From assembly GCA_030681595.1 (NCBI GenBank), contig JAUXSB010000061.1, positions 69,392 through 133,391 of the forward strand: DNA of 64,000 bases, in the 5' to 3' direction. The notes beneath the pieces were generated by a model, which worked only from the letters and a program-made list of their open reading frames with translations, was not told the DNA's origin and did no database searches. Positions 60,066-64,000 of the stretch are shown one piece after another (position 1 is the stretch's first letter; every line of letters begins with the position of its first letter). This stretch comes from Candidatus Omnitrophota bacterium. GTDB taxonomy: Bacteria > Omnitrophota > Gorgyraeia > Ghiorseimicrobiales > Ghiorseimicrobiaceae. Made by a program: the position numbers and the translations under genes.

Positions 60066-60866
60066 TTATTTTTGACATTTCGGACAAAAATATGTACCGC
60101 GCCCACCTAAGGCTATCCTTTTAACCAAAGCTTTGCAAACCAAACACGGTTTGCCCTCACGGCCATAAACCTTATGAAATTTTACATAGCCGCCGGGTTG
60201 TCCGGATACCTGCACATATTGATCAACCGAAGAACCTTTATGTTTTATCGCTTCTTTCAGCGTATCTTTTATTTCTTTAAAAAGCAGTGCTTTCTCTTTA
60301 TCGGATAAACTATTTGCTGCGCGTTCCGGATGAATTTTTGCCCGGAATAACGCCTCAGCCGCATAGATGTTACCGATTCCGGAAATAAATGTCTGATCCA
60401 TGATCAACGGCTTGATTTTAGTTTTTTTCGCTGAAAGCATTTCTTTAAATTGGCGCGCGGTTATATCAAACGGCTCAGGCCCAAGCCCCTGAACAAATTT
60501 TAACGCGCGCCAATCATCTATTAGCCGCAGTTCCGCAAAGAGCCGCTGGTCATTAAAATCAAGATTTTTACCGTCTGATAAATGAAAACTAACCCTTGTG
60601 GATTGTCCGCTCCCCGGATAAACTAACTGCCCGGTCATTTTTAAATGAATTGCCAATGATTTCCCGTTAGATAATTCTAGAATCAAAAGCTTTGCGCGAC
60701 GTAAGATATTTTTTATCGTTAAACCGGACAGCTCTTTTTTAAATTTATCCGGCGATGGCTCACGAATTACCTTAGGATTATGCACAGTTACACCTGTGAT
60801 TTTTTTACCTAGCGCTACCTTCTCTAGCTCGCGCTTTATTATCTCTACTTCTGGTAGTTCCGGCAA
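60066..60866 (-). CDS. mutM: formamidopyrimidine-DNA glycosylase (Fpg/MutM)
   Basis: 266 aa. N-terminal MPELPEVE (catalytic Pro2/Glu3) and a C-terminal zinc finger (CLVCKALVKRIALGGRGTYFCPKCQ). Confidence 0.9.
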   Translation of the reverse strand: MPELPEVEIIKRELEKVALGKKITGVTVHNPKVIREPSPDKFKKELSGLTIKNILRRAKLLILELSNGKSLAIHLKMTGQLVYPGSGQSTRVSFHLSDGKNLDFNDQRLFAELRLIDDWRALKFVQGLGPEPFDITARQFKEMLSAKKTKIKPLIMDQTFISGIGNIYAAEALFRAKIHPERAANSLSDKEKALLFKEIKDTLKEAIKHKGSSVDQYVQVSGQPGGYVKFHKVYGREGKPCLVCKALVKRIALGGRGTYFCPKCQK

Positions 60867-60904
60867 TTTCTTATCTCCTTTTACTATCCGCTATACGCTA
60901 AACG

Positions 60905-61300
60905 CTATCCGCTGATAATTTTCACCCAAACTTCTCTTGACCTTGGGCCGTCGCCTTCACAAAAATATATCCCCTGCCAAGCTCCTAAAGCAAGACGGCC
61001 ATCTTCAATAAAAACATTTAGCGACTGACCGAATAAAGACGACTTTATATGGGCATCCGAATTTCCTTCGCCGTGAGAATAACCCGCGTTTTCTGGAATA
61101 AGTTTATTTAAGCTATTGATAATATCCTTTTGCACTGAAGGGTCGGCATTTTCATTAATCGCGAGGCCTGCGGTCGTATGCGGGCAAAAGATAAAACAGA
61201 CACCGTCTTTAATGCTACTTTTAGAAACTGCTGCTTCTATTTTATCCGTAATATCCACCAACTCAACCCGGCTGTTTGTCTTTATTTTAATTTTTTCCAT
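60905..61300 (-). CDS. yjbQ: YjbQ/UPF0047 family protein (secondary thiamine-phosphate synthase-like)
   Basis: 131 aa. The motifs [18 protein letters not shown] and [10 protein letters not shown] are diagnostic of YjbQ. Confidence 0.8.
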   Translation of the reverse strand: MEKIKIKTNSRVELVDITDKIEAAVSKSSIKDGVCFIFCPHTTAGLAINENADPSVQKDIINSLNKLIPENAGYSHGEGNSDAHIKSSLFGQSLNVFIEDGRLALGAWQGIYFCEGDGPRSREVWVKIISG

Positions 61301-64000
61301 ATTTGTTACTTTTATTTTTGCATTTCTTAGCTCTTAGCTCTTCATTCTTAGTTCTGCTTTTATGGTATTCTTGCAATGACTTAACTTCTAATTTTTCTTT
61401 TAGTAAAGTTTCAATCCCTGTAACTGATGCCTGTGCTCCCGGTATAGTGGTGATACAAGGCACCTGATGCATTATCGCGTAAGAGCGGATTTTTACCTCG
61501 TCAGCGCGAGGGATTCTACCCGAAGGTGTATTAATAATCAATTTTATCTTATTTTCTTTTAATAAATCCAAGGTGTTCGGCGAGCCTTCGCCAAGTTTTT
61601 TAATTAAGCCTACGGGGATTTTATTCTCGGATAAAAATTTATGCGTGCCGAAGCTCGCAACAATTTTAAATCCGAATCCGCGTAATTTTCTGACAACCCC
61701 GATAAGCACCTCTGTCTTATCGCTATCCTTGACACTAATAAAAACCAGCCCTTTAACGGGCAAATTCTGCCCGGCAGCCAGCTGGCTTTTTAAAAATGCC
61801 CTGCCAAAATCTTTATCAATACCCATTACCTCACCGGTAGATTTCATCTCCGGCCCCAACATAATATCCACTCCCGGAAAACGGCTAAAAGGAAATACGG
61901 ATTCTTTAACACAGGAATATTTCGGAATAATTTCTTTGGTAAATCCTAACTTTTTAAGCTTTGCCCCAGCCATTACTTTGGCAGCGAGTTTTGCCAAGGG
62001 CACGCCTATTGCCTTTGAAACAAATGGTACTGTGCGCGAGGCACGCGGGTTAACCTCCAAGATATATAATCTATCGCCTTTTACCGCGTATTGCGCGTTC
62101 ATTAAGCCGATAACATTTAACTCTCTGGCCATGGCAACACTTGCCTGCCTAATTTCATTAATCATTTTTTCTGACAAGCTGTGCGGCGGAAGCACCATTG
62201 CCGCATCTCCTGAATGTACTCCAGCCTCCTCAATATGCTCTAAGATTCCGCCTACGACAAAAGTTTGGCCGTCGGCAATCATATCCACATCCACCTCTAT
62301 GGCGTCTTCTAAAAACTTATCTATTAAAACCGGATGCTCGCCGGATACGGAAATCGCTTCCTTAATATATTTCTCCAAAATATTTTCCGCATAAACAATC
62401 TCCATTGCCCGGCCGCCTAAAACATATGATGGCCTGACTAAAACCGGATACCCTATGCGCTGTGCCACTTTTTTTGCTTCTTCCAACGTAAATGCCGTGC
62501 CGTTTTCCGGTTGCGCAAGCTTTAGCTTATTTAAAAACTGCTTAAATTTTTCCCGGTCTTCAGCGATATCTATGGATTTGGGACTAGTGCCGATAATCTT
62601 AACCCCTGCCTTTTCTAAAGCAAGTGCTAAATTTAACGGGGTCTGTCCCCCAAACTGCACAATTACCCCATCAGGTTTTTCCTTATCACAAATATTTAAA
62701 ACATCTTCCAAGGTAAGCGGCTCAAAATATAATTTATCTGAAGTATCATAATCAGTAGATACTGTTTCAGGATTAGAATTTACCATGATAGTTTCAAAAC
62801 CGTCTTCTTTTAGCGCAAAAGAAGCGTGCACACAACAATAATCAAACTCAATACCCTGCCCAATACGATTTGGCCCGCCGCCTAAGATCATTATTTTCTT
62901 CTTTGTGGATATGCGCGCCTCATCTTCTCTTTCATAAGTTGAATAAAAATAAGGCGTATAGGCCTCAAATTCCGCGGCACAAGTATCTACCAACTTATAA
63001 CTTGCCGTGATATTAAGCGTTTTCCTTAAAGTGCGGATTGCTTGTTCGTCGCTTGCCAAAAATTCCGCCAATTGCTTATCGGAAAAACCAAACTGTTTGG
63101 CTTTGAGTAACAACTCCGGCTTCAGATTACAAGCTTCAGGCTGCAGGCTTTTAACTTCTTTATTTTCAGCTTGTGGCTTGCAGCTTGCCTGCCCCGAAGA
63201 AAGCGGGGCAGCTTGCAGCTTAATTTCTTTCTCCAAATCAACAATCTCTTTTATATTCTGTAAAAACCATCTGTCTATCTTACTTAAACTGTATATTTCC
63301 TCAATTTCCATTCCTGCGCGTAAAGCATCTCCAATATAGAAAACTCTTTCCGCTGTAGGCACCCTCAATCTTTCTTTTAACTGGTGACTGGCCTGTACCC
63401 GCCAGGGTATGACTGGTGACTGGTGACTAATAGTTTCTAAACCGCTCTTTTTTATTTCCAAACCTCGTAAACCTTTTTGCAAAGCCTCTTTAAATGTGCG
63501 GCCAATGCTCATTGTCTCACCCACAGACTTCATTGAGGTACCTAATACCGGGCTTGAGCCGGGGAATTTCTCAAAGGTAAAACGCGGAATTTTAACCACG
63601 CAATAATCTATTGTTGGCTCAAAACAAGCCGGCGTCTCTTTCGTAATATCATTAGGAATTTCATCCAAAGTATAACCGACCGCAAGTTTTGCCGCGATTT
63701 TGGCAATAGGAAAACCTGTGGCTTTAGAAGCAAGGGCGGATGAGCGCGAAACACGCGGATTTAGCTCAATTACTACCATCCGTCCAGTATCCGGATGCAC
63801 CGCAAACTGGATATTGGAGCCGCCGGTTTCCACGCCGATTTCGCGCATTGCCTTAATTGAGGCATCACGCATAAGCTGATATTCACGGTCGGTTAAGGTC
63901 TGGGCCGGAGCTACTGTGATAGAATCACCGGTATGCACCCCCATAGGGTCAAAATTTTCAATAGAACAGACAATCACTACATTATCTTTTCTATCGCGCA
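61287..64000 (-). CDS. carB: carbamoyl-phosphate synthase large subunit (partial; N-terminus lies beyond the window), with two in-frame repeat insertions
   Basis: Two ATP-grasp CPSase halves, an oligomerisation linker ([17 protein letters not shown]) and a C-terminal MGS-like domain. The ORF stays open to the window edge. Confidence 0.85.
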   Translation of the reverse strand, partial: RDRKDNVVIVCSIENFDPMGVHTGDSITVAPAQTLTDREYQLMRDASIKAMREIGVETGGSNIQFAVHPDTGRMVVIELNPRVSRSSALASKATGFPIAKIAAKLAVGYTLDEIPNDITKETPACFEPTIDYCVVKIPRFTFEKFPGSSPVLGTSMKSVGETMSIGRTFKEALQKGLRGLEIKKSGLETISHQSPVIPWRVQASHQLKERLRVPTAERVFYIGDALRAGMEIEEIYSLSKIDRWFLQNIKEIVDLEKEIKLQAAPLSSGQASCKPQAENKEVKSLQPEACNLKPELLLKAKQFGFSDKQLAEFLASDEQAIRTLRKTLNITASYKLVDTCAAEFEAYTPYFYSTYEREDEARISTKKKIMILGGGPNRIGQGIEFDYCCVHASFALKEDGFETIMVNSNPETVSTDYDTSDKLYFEPLTLEDVLNICDKEKPDGVIVQFGGQTPLNLALALEKAGVKIIGTSPKSIDIAEDREKFKQFLNKLKLAQPENGTAFTLEEAKKVAQRIGYPVLVRPSYVLGGRAMEIVYAENILEKYIKEAISVSGEHPVLIDKFLEDAIEVDVDMIADGQTFVVGGILEHIEEAGVHSGDAAMVLPPHSLSEKMINEIRQASVAMARELNVIGLMNAQYAVKGDRLYILEVNPRASRTVPFVSKAIGVPLAKLAAKVMAGAKLKKLGFTKEIIPKYSCVKESVFPFSRFPGVDIMLGPEMKSTGEVMGIDKDFGRAFLKSQLAAGQNLPVKGLVFISVKDSDKTEVLIGVVRKLRGFGFKIVASFGTHKFLSENKIPVGLIKKLGEGSPNTLDLLKENKIKLIINTPSGRIPRADEVKIRSYAIMHQVPCITTIPGAQASVTGIETLLKEKLEVKSLQEYHKSRTKNEELRAKKCKNKSNKYGKN
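63143..63232. repeat. family-C-like palindromic repeat inserted in-frame in the carB linker region
   Basis: GCTTCAGGCTGCAGGCTT, then a T-rich linker, then CAGCTTGCCTGCCCCGAAGAAAGCGGGGCAGCTTGCAGCTT (an 8-bp-stem hairpin). It encodes [29 protein letters not shown]. Its GCAGGCTGCAAGCT-like motifs are shared with the pyrK insertion. Confidence 0.75.
63381..63427. repeat. repeat family B copy (47 bp) inserted in-frame inside carB
   Basis: CTGGTGACTGGCCTGTACCCGCCAGGGTATGACTGGTGACTGGTGAC encodes [16 protein letters not shown]. It is 46/47 identical to the pyrD copy. Confidence 0.9.

Overview
The window is a 64-kb chromosomal segment, GC about 45%, in which essentially every gene is on the minus strand. 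It most likely comes from an anaerobic or microaerophilic bacterium of an uncultivated lineage. A PEP-CTERM protein, many single-domain receiver proteins and Rickettsia-like in-frame palindromic repeats are compatible with Omnitrophota-, Elusimicrobia- or deltaproteobacteria-like lineages, but taxonomy cannot be fixed from sequence alone.

Gene content from left to right:
- a partial long-chain acyl-CoA dehydrogenase;
- a dense signalling array of two paralogous 7TM-GAF histidine kinases and five receiver-only response regulators, with a HEPN/MNT toxin-antitoxin pair and an IVS-type four-helix-bundle gene embedded in it;
- an FMN oxidoreductase plus an aldehyde dehydrogenase;
- a lipid module: an SRPBCC domain fused to a cyanobacterial-type acyl-ACP reductase, a PlsC acyltransferase, an SDR-DUF2867 protein, FadB-like and thiolase-like beta-oxidation genes, a PaaK/LuxE-like adenylating enzyme and a thioesterase;
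- a small accessory island at about 21.7-25.8 kb with an XRE-HTH plus nucleotidyltransferase pair, 44-bp tandem repeats, an IS30 transposase remnant, a PEP-CTERM protein and an HTH-REC fusion;
- DedA, CstA, a PTS-EIIA domain fused to a P-type ATPase, an H+-pyrophosphatase and ExbB/ExbD;
- a FixABCX-type electron-transfer flavoprotein system with ferredoxin-fused EtfA;
- a complete F1Fo ATP synthase operon and an 11-subunit complex I (nuoABCDHIJKLMN, no nuoEFG);
- tRNA-Asp and tRNA-Val, pyrF, pyrD, pyrK, an ICMT-like methyltransferase, mutM, yjbQ and a partial carB.

The most striking signal is at least three families of short palindromic repeats that occur both intergenically and as in-frame insertions inside essential genes (atpG, pyrD, pyrK and twice in carB). 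This resembles the Rickettsia palindromic elements. Also notable are tandem copies of the tRNA-Asp 3' end next to the tRNA gene and a 250-nt intergenic region carrying five consecutive perfect hairpins.
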